A stretch of 52,403 nt of DNA from a bacterium. Lineage in GTDB: Bacteria > SZUA-182 > DTGQ01 > JAFGSM01. Under the pieces are notes generated by a model. The model saw nothing but the letters and a program-made list of their open reading frames with translations. It ran no database searches and was not told the origin of the DNA. Position numbers and translations under genes: made by a program. The stretch is taken from assembly GCA_049472355.1 (NCBI GenBank), contig JBLIRP010000016.1:1-52403 (forward strand). Direction: 5' to 3'. Each line of letters begins with the position of its first letter. Within the stretch, counting starts at the first letter, position 1. Below, piece by piece: positions 1-9,606 of the stretch.

Positions 1-805
1 GATTCCCGCCGCTCATCCCGGGTATGTTTCCGAACTGGACGTTGGATGTGCTCTTGATGGTCATGTCCGTCCACATACCCTCCCGGAGGTCGAAGGTCGC
101 CTCACCCTTGCCTGCGGTCCTGGTATCCGATTTTCCCCCCATCTGCGCGGTGGATTGCGTGAGCGAGCGCTCCTTGACGGAGAAATAGGCCAGTCCCTCG
201 CTCACCTCTTCCAGGGTAAATACCTGCTTGGAAACCGATTCCATCTGCATGCCGGCCGTACTGCTTCCCATGCCCATCTTCCGGGTCACCTCGAATTCAT
301 CGCCCGGCTCCAGCGGATCCTCGGGAAGCTCCGGGAACCAGAACACCCCCGTTTTCCAGGCATCCGCGATCATCTTTGAGGATTGTTCATACATGGCGGC
401 CATCCCCGCAGGCAGATCCCCGGCCTGGCCCTCCAGGGGAGGCATGGCGCTCCCCTCGGATTGAATATTGCGGATCTCCCCGCTTTGATGCATGTCCGCC
501 GTAAACCGAATCTTGGAAAGGTCCATCTGGCCGCTATTCGAGGATTCCCCCTGGGATTGAATCCGTGCTGAAAGGCTCACCCAGCCCTTGTTGGGGCCCT
601 TGGATACCTCATACCGGATGGTGCTCTTGTTGCGGTTCACCTCCTTGTTTCCCATAAACGAGGTTTCGCTTTGCGTGGACAGCGTGGTAACCCAGACCTG
701 CCCGGGGGCGACCTTGTATTGTAACGTGTACGAACCGGCCAAAGCCGAGCAACTGCAGAAACACACAAGGATCACACCGCACAGAACAACACCTATCTTC
801 CTCAT
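1..805 (-). CDS. Secreted hypothetical protein, runs off the window edge (tentatively DUF6263-like)
   Basis: Absent from the ORF track. ATG at 805-803 overlaps the TGA of the upstream gene (ATGA). Reads MRKIGVVLCGVILVCFCSCSALA-GSYTLQYKVAPGQVW... (signal peptide) and stays open to the edge (...WFPELPEDPLEPGDEF...GKGEATFDLREG...). Confidence 0.8.
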   Translation of the reverse strand, partial: MRKIGVVLCGVILVCFCSCSALAGSYTLQYKVAPGQVWVTTLSTQSETSFMGNKEVNRNKSTIRYEVSKGPNKGWVSLSARIQSQGESSNSGQMDLSKIRFTADMHQSGEIRNIQSEGSAMPPLEGQAGDLPAGMAAMYEQSSKMIADAWKTGVFWFPELPEDPLEPGDEFEVTRKMGMGSSTAGMQMESVSKQVFTLEEVSEGLAYFSVKERSLTQSTAQMGGKSDTRTAGKGEATFDLREGMWTDMTIKSTSNVQFGNIPGMSGGN

Positions 806-2250
806 CGACTTGCCTTTCGTTCTAAGGTTTTGATCTTCCGTTCGACCCTTTCCCGGTCGCCGGCCTTGGGCGAGACCTTGAGATAGTTCCGGTATGCCTG
901 GGCCGCATCTTCGTAGCGCTCCCAGTCATCGTACAATTCGCCGAGCCCCCGGTATGCCGGTGCATATTTTGCATCCAATCGCATCGACTCCCTGTAAAGC
1001 GCCTCTGCCTGTTTTTTCTCTGCAGGAGAGGCACCAAAGGCAAAATCGCCGAGCATGCACTTGGCCACGCCATAGGCAATCGGGGCGGTGCGAATCCCCT
1101 TCTCATACAGGGTTGTGTAATCCTGAAGGGCCTGTTCGTAGCGCTCTTTCCCCATGGCCTGCTCCGCACGGGGAAGCAATGCCTGCTTCAGGAATTGAAC
1201 GTACTCGGCCTGCCTTTTCTGGGAGCCATGGGACTTTTGAGCAGCCTGCACCTCCTGGAGGTTGGTGAGTTTTTCCACGAATTGGGAGCGGGTGGGGGAG
1301 GAATCACTGATGGTCTGCACAAGGCCGCTCGCCCCCAGGGACTGGCGCAGTCGCTGCATGTTCATCTCCATCAGGCCCCTGGTCTCCCGCAACTGGGATG
1401 CCCATGGCCCCAGGGCCTGCTCCTCCTCCCTGGCCATTCGGCTGGTGATCTGATGGACATGGTCCCATCCCTTGGCGGCCTCGGAGGTGTCGTACCCTGC
1501 CAGGGCCAGATATTCCATACCCTGGGCGTCCGCCACCGCCTCGAACTGAAACCGGGGATCAATCGGGTTTCCTCCTTCGTCCTTGGAGGGGATGCTCCGG
1601 ATCACATCCTTGATGCTGTAATAGGCGCTCTGGGCCGCGCCGACGGCTGCCATGCGCTTCATGGTCTCCCGGTAGGTGGTCTCGCCGGAAAACATCCGGT
1701 CCGTCTGCCGGACATCCTCCAGCTCAACCGCATAATCCACGGCCACATCCAGGAGGGAGCCGAACAATGCCCCTGCAAGGGCCTTGTTGCGCTGGCGCCT
1801 CTCCCCGGCCTTGATCTCCTGGTACATATCGACGTAGTATCCTTCACACACATGGGCGATTTCATGGGCAAGGACCCCGGCCAACTGGGCCTCGTTGTCC
1901 ATGGCAAAGAGCAGGCCGGTGGTCATGACGACATGTCCGTCCACATACGCATACAATTCCGGCCTGGGGGATTCGATGAGGGTCACGCTGAGAGTGACGC
2001 CCCCAGGGGGTTGCTTCCCTGCGGAAGTCAATTTCGTGACCACCCCTTGGGCATACCCGAGGATCTGTGCGTCGGACAGGGTAGGGCGATCGCGCATATC
2101 CGTATGATATGCCTGTGTGGCCTCCTTGATCAGTGCCCGGCCGTCCGCGTTCAACTCCAGCGCCATCCCCCGTGCCGACACCAGAAGGATCATAATGAAA
2201 AACAGCGCAATACCCTTGGCAATACCTCTGCCGGTGCCATACATGTTCAT
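802..2250 (-). CDS. M48-family Zn metallopeptidase with C-terminal TPR repeats, exported
   Basis: EAQLAGVLAHEIAH zincin motif, downstream EAVAD third ligand, TPR-like C-terminus (AYRGLGELY...AAQAYRNYL), signal peptide. Start set at ATG 2250 behind a G-rich RBS. Confidence 0.85.
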   Translation of the reverse strand: MNMYGTGRGIAKGIALFFIMILLVSARGMALELNADGRALIKEATQAYHTDMRDRPTLSDAQILGYAQGVVTKLTSAGKQPPGGVTLSVTLIESPRPELYAYVDGHVVMTTGLLFAMDNEAQLAGVLAHEIAHVCEGYYVDMYQEIKAGERRQRNKALAGALFGSLLDVAVDYAVELEDVRQTDRMFSGETTYRETMKRMAAVGAAQSAYYSIKDVIRSIPSKDEGGNPIDPRFQFEAVADAQGMEYLALAGYDTSEAAKGWDHVHQITSRMAREEEQALGPWASQLRETRGLMEMNMQRLRQSLGASGLVQTISDSSPTRSQFVEKLTNLQEVQAAQKSHGSQKRQAEYVQFLKQALLPRAEQAMGKERYEQALQDYTTLYEKGIRTAPIAYGVAKCMLGDFAFGASPAEKKQAEALYRESMRLDAKYAPAYRGLGELYDDWERYEDAAQAYRNYLKVSPKAGDRERVERKIKTLERKASR

Positions 2251-2517
2251 TCCGTCCCCCCATCTTTTTGGTATGACCATACGGCGAAAAGATCGATTGA
2301 CTCACTTGTGACTCACCTGGAATGTCCCTGTTTTTTCGTGATGTCCCGACAATGCAATAACATTCATGATTGATCATTGACGGCACACTTCTCATGCCAG
2401 GGTCATTATCTGCGCACTATATCAAATCGCCTTCGAACCCGTCAATGTCATGCAGGATATGGGAATGATTTGAATTCGGCCGGTCCATTTATCATTCAGG
2501 TTAATGACAGACGCGTA

Positions 2518-5500
2518 TCATGCCGTATCCTTCATTCTTGAAAGAATCCTTCTCACCAGCCAGCATACGAAGAGAACCCCATAGTAGACAATGATCGAAA
2601 GGAACGTTACAAGGATGATCCCGTAATGGGGGCGACCGGTCCTCGATGCAAGAACAGAGAAGAGAAGCCCCAGGATGAGCATGACCGGTCCGAGGCCCCA
2701 CGCCGTCATCCTCAGCCACCTGCCTTTCCTGGGTCGGGCCGTCTCCTGAGGGGGTTGCAGCGCCTGCTGCCGTCCCTGTTCAAGGGACCTTTCCTTCTTC
2801 TTTTCTTTCTTTTCAGGCATCCAGTATGCTCTCTGGTGGATCAGCGCGGCCAATCCGGCCAGAAGGATCAGTGACGTCAGGATGACGTGGGAGGTAAACA
2901 GGGCCGCAATCATGAGACCTATAAGGATCAGCGGCGTAAGCGTGGCATCGCAGGACCTTCTGACCATGGAATTCATTTTGCTCAATCCGCTTTCCATATA
3001 TTCGGATGCCCTTTGAATCCTACCACCCAGGGGATAGATCCTCCTTCGGAGGAAAAACGCTGTCGCGATAACAATCAAAAGCAGGACCCAGGCGATGAGG
3101 TCCGTGATCTCACCCCGTGAATAGACCATGGTGATGGTCAGGGGCTCCTGGCGTGCCATGGTCTTTGCAAAGCGGTATAACTGGCCTGACAAGGGGATGG
3201 ACACCGGTATGGACATGACGGCGGTATCATAGCCGGAGGTAATTCCCCCTGTGCCTTGCGGCTTCTGAGGCTGCGGCGTTGCGGTCTCCGCCTTTTTCCC
3301 GGCAAATCCCCTCTCCATAACCTGCTGCCTCGCCATATCCTCCCTGCTGATCATGGATTTCATGAATGCATCCGTCTTTTCCTCCTGTTCGCGCCATGCA
3401 TCCTTGTCCCGCCCTATCGTTGCCGGGGCCCCTTCGTATACGGACTCCATGGGCGATTCGAGGGTCGCATCCCGCAGCGGGGCGACCAGGCGATGGGTTC
3501 GTTTGGCACAGGAGCATCCCATGAGCGGCCCGATCCCTTTAGCCAGTCGCTCCTTTTCCATGGTCCCGCCGAAGTGCAGAAAATCGTAATCCCTCGGCAG
3601 GTACAAGGACCATAGTATCTTGCTCACCATGATCTCCGTTACCTGGGGGAGAAGGACCTCCCTTTTCCCGTACGCGGAGAACGGCATTCCCTTCTGGTAA
3701 TAGATGATTTCAACCCTGAAGGGCTTCAGCCGCTGGCCCTCTTCCTGGGATCGGATAAGGGGGATGTATAACGTATCCCCCTCCCGGGCGGGCTCCGAGG
3801 GTTTGTCCCCGACGAATACGCTCCACAATTCGGACTCCTCGGGAAGTTGAAGCTTCAGGAATTGCTTCAACTGATTGCGCACCTCATAGATGATGCGATG
3901 CACCACCTTTCCATCCTCGGTGAAGAAGCTGACCCCGTTTGCGGAATCAATGACCGCCATGGTCACGGATACCTTCGGATGGCGCCGGATATCGAGATCC
4001 AGTGCAAACGGATGGTCCAGGTATTTGAAACCGAATATGAGCGGCTTCAGTGACTTCCGGAAAAGCTGCAGGGGAAGCTTCTGAACGGCCACCTTTTCCA
4101 GGCCCTCATGGCTGACCACCTTCACCTCGGCGCTGCTCCTCAGCTCCAGTCCCAGATATCCGATGTCCTTTACCGCATTCAGGGTCTCCGGGGTGGAAAA
4201 AGAGAAACGGCTGGCTGCATCGAGCAGGGTCTTTTCATACCGGATGGCGAGCCGGAATACCCCCTTGTGCTCGTAATCCAGGCCGACCTCAAGGATCCTT
4301 TGATCCTCCTGGCTTCGCTCCCTCCATCCCCCTACACCCTCCCCCTGGACCGACAGGATATTCAGCCCTTCGGGTATCCTCAGCGCCAATGCATCGATTC
4401 CCGCGTGCAGGATGGTGTACTCGATATCCATGGCCACCGTCAAGGCGTCATCATCGATGGACACCAGATGGTAACTCTGCGCGTATATCTTTGCGGGTAC
4501 CCTCCTTACGGCAGGAACCGCCTTTTTGCCATACCATTGAACGGTCAGTTCCTTGACCGAGGGAAATATCGCTGATACCAGGGTGGACCGCTCCCCGGCC
4601 GATACGGTCACCTGTTGGGCCTGGGGGACCTTCACCGTGATCTCATCCAGCGGGATCTCCAATTCGAGCATGGTGATGGATGTCTCCAGCACCGGGATGG
4701 ACACCTGATAGTTGCCCTCATCCAACGAGGACCTCATAGAGCATACGGCCCGTATCCGGAAATGGCCCGCCCTGTCGAGGATAAGCTGGTGATATCCCCC
4801 CTCCGTGATGAGCAGGGCAGTGGCCTGGTCGACCAGCACCTCCTGCAGGCCCAACTGGGAAGGAAGAAAGGGGATGCGTGTATACCCCTTTTCCTCAAGC
4901 ACCTCCAGGTCAAGATCGGCCTCGATCATGGTCCAATCCCCGGTCATCCTCCCCTTGTACACCGCCTTGGTGAGCCGGTGATCCAGGGGGGCAGGGATCT
5001 CTTTTGCGGGGACGATCATCCTGTCCAGGAGGTTGTCGAACTGTTCACGGCTCAGTCGGACCTTCCCGTCCTGAATCGTGTATACTGGTTTCACCCCCTT
5101 GGATGTCTGATGGAGGATCTTCTGAAATTCATCCCAGGTCAGGGTGATATCATCACTATCCAAATCGATCTGCCCTTTGAACTCCTCCCACCCCAGGCTC
5201 ACCTGGGGAGCAGGCTGCCGGCCGTCGTTTTCGCTGCAGGCACAGGGAACCCGCATCAGGAAGAGGAGGCCCGAAAGGGCGAGGAGGCAGATGATGAACG
5301 ACGCGGGCTTGGTCGAGGATTTGGACCGCCTGATCCTTTTGTCCAGATGAACCATCCCCGGTATCCAGAGCAGAAGGAAACAGACCACTGCCTCCCAAAC
5401 ACCCAGGGAGAGGGAGAATAAGAACAGCAGGCCCAACAGGGGCAGGGACCACCTGGAGAGAAAAAAACGCCTCAGCCGGAGGAGAGCGGGCGTGATCATC

Positions 5501-7782
5501 CGTTTCACCCTGCCGGCCACAGTAATGAACAGGGACGCAACGGAACGCCGCCATATCAGCAACGCAATGATCAAGATCAGGATGCCCAGCCAGGCAACCG
5601 CCCTGTACAGGCCCGCCCTTACATAGCGGATCTCCAATTCCAATGGTTCATCCCGCACGATATTGCTCGCAAAACGGTACAACTGCCCCGAGGTCGGGAT
5701 CTGGATATTCATGGGCAACACCCCGACCCCGCCGTACACCCTGGCCTCCCCCTGAATCATCTTATCCTCGATCTGTTGCAGCCGCTCATCAAAGGCGAAT
5801 TCATTCATCACCTGCCGGGACATCGTGCTGCTGTTGATGTCGATATTGCGGAAGGTGGTCTTGGCCCTTTGTCGCTCATAGGCGTGCATCATATCCGATT
5901 CATGCCCCGGTCTCCTCCATCCATAGGGGGCGACCTTGGACATATCCACCTTGATTTGGCCCCGTTTCAGGATGGGGGTCAAACCGCTTGCCATATCCTC
6001 CTTCTCCAGATCGGTAATGAATCGATAGTAGATGAACCGCTCCGGAAGATAGACCGACCAGAGCAACTGGCTCACGGTGAGGTCTGCCTGAGGCAGGGCG
6101 ACCGTCCTTTTACCCTGGAAGGAGAATGCATCCGATTCCGTATAATAGATGATCTCCACCCTGAAGGATTCGAGGTCATTGTCATGCTTTCTGGAGCTGA
6201 TCAGCGGTACATGGATCGTATCCCCATCCCTGCCGACCTCGACGCTCTCGTCCCCCACCAACGCACTCCAGATATGGACCCCCCCGGGCATCGTCAATTG
6301 AAGCGATTGCTTTAGCTGGTTTTTTACCGCATACTCGATCTTGCTGATGACGAGGCCATCCTCCGTGAAGAAGCTGACCGCACTCGCCGAATCGATCGTG
6401 GCCTGAGGCAGGGCCACCTTCTCGTGTTTTTTGATATTCAGGGCGAGGTGATAGGGGTGCTTGAGATATCTGAATCCAAGGATGATGGGATTGGTGGATT
6501 TCTGAAACAGGTGCCGGGCCAGTTTCTTGACCATGACCTTTTCCAAACCCGACGATTCCTCGATCACAAGCTCCGCGCTGGTCTTCAGCTCAATCCCGAT
6601 ATACCCTTTGTCACCCACCCCGTTGACGGTATCGAGGACCTCCAGGCCGGAATACTCAACCATGCCCATATCGTCCCCAAATGACCCTTCTGAAAGGATC
6701 GTGACGGTGAATGTGCCCTTTTGTTCAAAATCCAAGGGGATCCATAGTATCCGCTGATCCCCCTCCTGGGTCTCATGCCAGTCCCCGACCCCGGGGCCTG
6801 CAACGGACAGGATGGTCATCCCTTCCGATATGGCGAGCCTCAGGTGATCAACCCCCGATTGGAGCACGTTGTAAAAGACATCCTGGTTGACCTTCAGGGC
6901 ATCGTCCTCCACCGAGATCAATTGATACGATTCGGCATATATCTTTGCAGGGACCCTTTCCTCGCTCTTCGTTTCCCTCTTCCACTGCAGGTCGAAGGAG
7001 CGGCCGGCAGCGAGTATCGCCTTCACGGTGGTTCCACTACCGAGCCTTTCTGTCTCCAGATACTGGGCGGAGGGCATCTCGACCTCTATATCCGTAATGG
7101 GAATCTCCAGGCTGACCAGGGTGATGGGGACCTCCTGGATGGGAAAGAGGAGCTTGTGAGGCCCCTTATCCAGAGAGGATTTTATGGAAAAGTGCGCCCT
7201 CACCCGATATTTGCCCGGCCGGTCGATGAGGAGGGAATGAAATCCCCCTTCACCGAGAACGATTGCCGGACGATCATTGATGGTCATCCCTTTGAGGGCC
7301 AATGACGAGGAGATGATGGGGACCTTTATGTATGCATTCTCTTTTAAAACCGTCAGCTCAAAATCCGCGGTGAAGGCAAAATCCCCTTCCCTCATGCGTC
7401 CGGTATATATCGCCGCTGTCAGAATATAATCCCGTATGGGGGTCATGGTGTCCGGTTGGACAGGCTTCATGTGTTCCAGTATCTTCCTGAATTCATCCCT
7501 GGACAGGATAACCCTCCCCTCAGTCAATTGATATTCAGGCTTGTATTCCGGATCGGTCTGCTGGAGCAACCGGTGCAGTTCTTCCATGGTCAGTTCGATC
7601 GCATCCCTGTCCAGTTTCAGAAATTCCTTGAATTCCTGCCAGGGAAGATTGATTGTCGATCCACAGGCGTTGTTCCCATTGCCATCCCGGTTGGTCCCGG
7701 CAAGGGTATGATTCAGCGCGATCGGCATTACAACCACGAAAAGGGTAAGAAGGGTGATGCACCATCCTCGGCGTTCTTTCAT
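2518..7782 (-). CDS. Large (1754 aa) membrane-anchored hypothetical protein made of two paralogous modules
   Basis: Long ORF; ATG 7782 preceded by GAGGAG; signal peptide; two aligned halves (INLPWQEFK/VSLGWEEFK, VPAKIYAESYQL/VPAKIYAQSYHL, SFFTEDG twice, SGQLYRFA twice), each ending in TM helices. Confidence 0.85.
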   Translation of the reverse strand: MKERRGWCITLLTLFVVVMPIALNHTLAGTNRDGNGNNACGSTINLPWQEFKEFLKLDRDAIELTMEELHRLLQQTDPEYKPEYQLTEGRVILSRDEFRKILEHMKPVQPDTMTPIRDYILTAAIYTGRMREGDFAFTADFELTVLKENAYIKVPIISSSLALKGMTINDRPAIVLGEGGFHSLLIDRPGKYRVRAHFSIKSSLDKGPHKLLFPIQEVPITLVSLEIPITDIEVEMPSAQYLETERLGSGTTVKAILAAGRSFDLQWKRETKSEERVPAKIYAESYQLISVEDDALKVNQDVFYNVLQSGVDHLRLAISEGMTILSVAGPGVGDWHETQEGDQRILWIPLDFEQKGTFTVTILSEGSFGDDMGMVEYSGLEVLDTVNGVGDKGYIGIELKTSAELVIEESSGLEKVMVKKLARHLFQKSTNPIILGFRYLKHPYHLALNIKKHEKVALPQATIDSASAVSFFTEDGLVISKIEYAVKNQLKQSLQLTMPGGVHIWSALVGDESVEVGRDGDTIHVPLISSRKHDNDLESFRVEIIYYTESDAFSFQGKRTVALPQADLTVSQLLWSVYLPERFIYYRFITDLEKEDMASGLTPILKRGQIKVDMSKVAPYGWRRPGHESDMMHAYERQRAKTTFRNIDINSSTMSRQVMNEFAFDERLQQIEDKMIQGEARVYGGVGVLPMNIQIPTSGQLYRFASNIVRDEPLELEIRYVRAGLYRAVAWLGILILIIALLIWRRSVASLFITVAGRVKRMITPALLRLRRFFLSRWSLPLLGLLFLFSLSLGVWEAVVCFLLLWIPGMVHLDKRIRRSKSSTKPASFIICLLALSGLLFLMRVPCACSENDGRQPAPQVSLGWEEFKGQIDLDSDDITLTWDEFQKILHQTSKGVKPVYTIQDGKVRLSREQFDNLLDRMIVPAKEIPAPLDHRLTKAVYKGRMTGDWTMIEADLDLEVLEEKGYTRIPFLPSQLGLQEVLVDQATALLITEGGYHQLILDRAGHFRIRAVCSMRSSLDEGNYQVSIPVLETSITMLELEIPLDEITVKVPQAQQVTVSAGERSTLVSAIFPSVKELTVQWYGKKAVPAVRRVPAKIYAQSYHLVSIDDDALTVAMDIEYTILHAGIDALALRIPEGLNILSVQGEGVGGWRERSQEDQRILEVGLDYEHKGVFRLAIRYEKTLLDAASRFSFSTPETLNAVKDIGYLGLELRSSAEVKVVSHEGLEKVAVQKLPLQLFRKSLKPLIFGFKYLDHPFALDLDIRRHPKVSVTMAVIDSANGVSFFTEDGKVVHRIIYEVRNQLKQFLKLQLPEESELWSVFVGDKPSEPAREGDTLYIPLIRSQEEGQRLKPFRVEIIYYQKGMPFSAYGKREVLLPQVTEIMVSKILWSLYLPRDYDFLHFGGTMEKERLAKGIGPLMGCSCAKRTHRLVAPLRDATLESPMESVYEGAPATIGRDKDAWREQEEKTDAFMKSMISREDMARQQVMERGFAGKKAETATPQPQKPQGTGGITSGYDTAVMSIPVSIPLSGQLYRFAKTMARQEPLTITMVYSRGEITDLIAWVLLLIVIATAFFLRRRIYPLGGRIQRASEYMESGLSKMNSMVRRSCDATLTPLILIGLMIAALFTSHVILTSLILLAGLAALIHQRAYWMPEKKEKKKERSLEQGRQQALQPPQETARPRKGRWLRMTAWGLGPVMLILGLLFSVLASRTGRPHYGIILVTFLSIIVYYGVLFVCWLVRRILSRMKDTA

Positions 7783-7827
7783 GACCGTTCTCCTCAATCC
7801 TTTTTTAAGATATATTTTTCTTCCACT

Positions 7828-7942
7828 TGAAAATCCCCTTTGGGGTATTTTCAGGCTTCCTTGTAAGCCGAAGTCTCATCCGCGTTTCACTTCTACATTC
7901 TACATTCGACATTCGCAGTTTCATCCGGCTCATGTGGGTTTC
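7828..7942 (+). repeat. Composite intergenic repeat family A, copy 1 (hairpin + REP-like unit + TTCTACA heptamer array)
   Basis: Near-identical to 23253-23443 and 47490-47635; heptamers ttctaca x2, ttcgaca, ttcgcag. Confidence 0.9.
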
Positions 7943-8257
7943 TCTTCCATTTACAGACCAGTCCCATAATTAATCATCGTCATATTAAGAGTCATGGTCA
8001 GGAAATGCCGACAATCAAGGCAGCGTTTGACACCGTTGTAATCGGTAACGCATGTTGTCCTCATGGTGCGTTTTCCCTTCACAAATCCTTCCAGTATACC
8101 ACCCATAATGGCAAAAAAGCGGGCATATACCGCCCTCGCTGGTCCCAAAAAATGCCATTCTATCAGTAAATCGCGCAGTTCATGGTGAGGGGTTTGTACG
8201 GGTCTCGATCCTCATGTTCTGGTGCACTGTTTCACCCTATTGATCTTTAAACTTGAG

Positions 8258-8432
8258 AATTCCTGTAGCTTGCTACAGGGTTACCTCCAACTATAAAAAG
8301 GAAGATGTTTTACCTTTGGATACGCCGCGGCTTACTGCGGGGAGGATTCATTCGCAGTGGGTTTAATCTCCGGCCCGTGGGGCGATCAAAAAAAATGTCT
8401 TGATACCCTGCTGCGTGAGGGGGTAGGATATT
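8258..8432 (+). repeat. Palindromic repeat family C, two tandem degenerate units
   Basis: CCTGTAGCTTGCTACAGG hairpin and GATACGCCGCGGCTTACTGCGGGGAGGATTCATT, matching GATACTCCGCAGCTTGCTGCGGGGAGGCTTCATT at 33097-33130. Confidence 0.7.
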
Positions 8433-8644
8433 TTATAGTCGCACGCAAAAGATCATTCAGGTGATTAAGACAAGCGGAGATCCGCCATGGGAAAATCAGA
8501 GTGGATATTTCAAAGAAGGCACATCACGTGTCCGGACTTCGATGCGCCGTCTTCTCCACCTGCATGCGACACGCACCGGCGTCGGATTGGGGTAACGCCC
8601 ATGATAAGTTAAGTACTGAAGGGATACATGGAAGGATCTGTTGA

Positions 8645-9601
8645 CTAATAGGATTTGAGACGAATATGGTCCGCAGTTCCGGGTTCCACGATATACTTGG
8701 AATCTATTTGGGGCCATAGCTCGTTCACGAACTGCATATAGAGCTGTTTCCTGGTGGTGGGCATGTCTTTGCCGGCTTGGCCGAGTTGTTCCAAAAAGCG
8801 TTTTGTTTCACCCGTGGCCTCTGCGACGACCCTGTGGCGATATGCAGCGGCCTCCTGAAGCATCCGGTTGGCCTGTGCCCTGGCTTTCAGTATCTGCTCA
8901 TTTCGATAGCTCTCTGCTGCAGTGATCATCTGTTTCTTATCGATCTGGGCATTGATTACATCGTCGAAATAGGACTGGACAACCGATGAAGGACGGACCT
9001 CACGCAATTCCACAAATGTAATCTCCAGACCCGTTCCGATGGCATCGAGCCTTTTCTGCAAATCCCCCTTGATCCGATCTTCAATGGCCCGTTTACCATA
9101 GGTCAGGATTTCATCCACGGGCATCGAGGCCAATGTGCGAATCATGGTGCTGCTGAGGCTATTTCTGAGTACCTGGTCATTGTTTTGAACGTGAAACAGA
9201 TACTCGGCGGGTCGTTCGATGGTGAATTGCAGCACACAGATCAGGTTCACCACATTATTATCACCGGTGATACAGTATGAATCCAATTGCGTCAAATCCT
9301 TAAAGATCCTGGCAATATGGCTGTCTTCAGAAAAGTCGTCAAAGATAATGCGATGGACCTTCCGTATCTGGACCTTGTCTACCCGATCAATGGGCCAGGG
9401 AAATGCAAAATGGATCCCCGGCATGACATGGGTGTCGATCATCCTGCCGAATCGTTGAAGAACGCCCACCTCATTGGGAGAAACGGCATAGATGCCGGAC
9501 AGGATATACATCACACAGAGGAGGGCGAGCACCCCCCACAGAAACATCCGGGTGCTGCGGACGGTCTGACGAAAAAGCTGTTTGATGCGATCCTCTGCCA
9601 T
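8645..9601 (-). CDS. hflK: HflK-like SPFH/band-7 membrane protein
   Basis: N-terminal TM; EVGVLQRFG..PGIHFAFPWPIDRV; ITGDNNVV; coiled-coil region AESYRNE..KARAQA..ATGETKRF. Confidence 0.85.
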   Translation of the reverse strand: MAEDRIKQLFRQTVRSTRMFLWGVLALLCVMYILSGIYAVSPNEVGVLQRFGRMIDTHVMPGIHFAFPWPIDRVDKVQIRKVHRIIFDDFSEDSHIARIFKDLTQLDSYCITGDNNVVNLICVLQFTIERPAEYLFHVQNNDQVLRNSLSSTMIRTLASMPVDEILTYGKRAIEDRIKGDLQKRLDAIGTGLEITFVELREVRPSSVVQSYFDDVINAQIDKKQMITAAESYRNEQILKARAQANRMLQEAAAYRHRVVAEATGETKRFLEQLGQAGKDMPTTRKQLYMQFVNELWPQIDSKYIVEPGTADHIRLKSY

Positions 9602-9606
9602 ATTCC

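Noticed and set aside
1195..2373. Long antisense ORFs (also 4615-5421, 25845-26660, 40449-41402, 50192-51517)
   Set aside because: Shadow frames of GC-rich genes that have clear motifs on the opposite strand.
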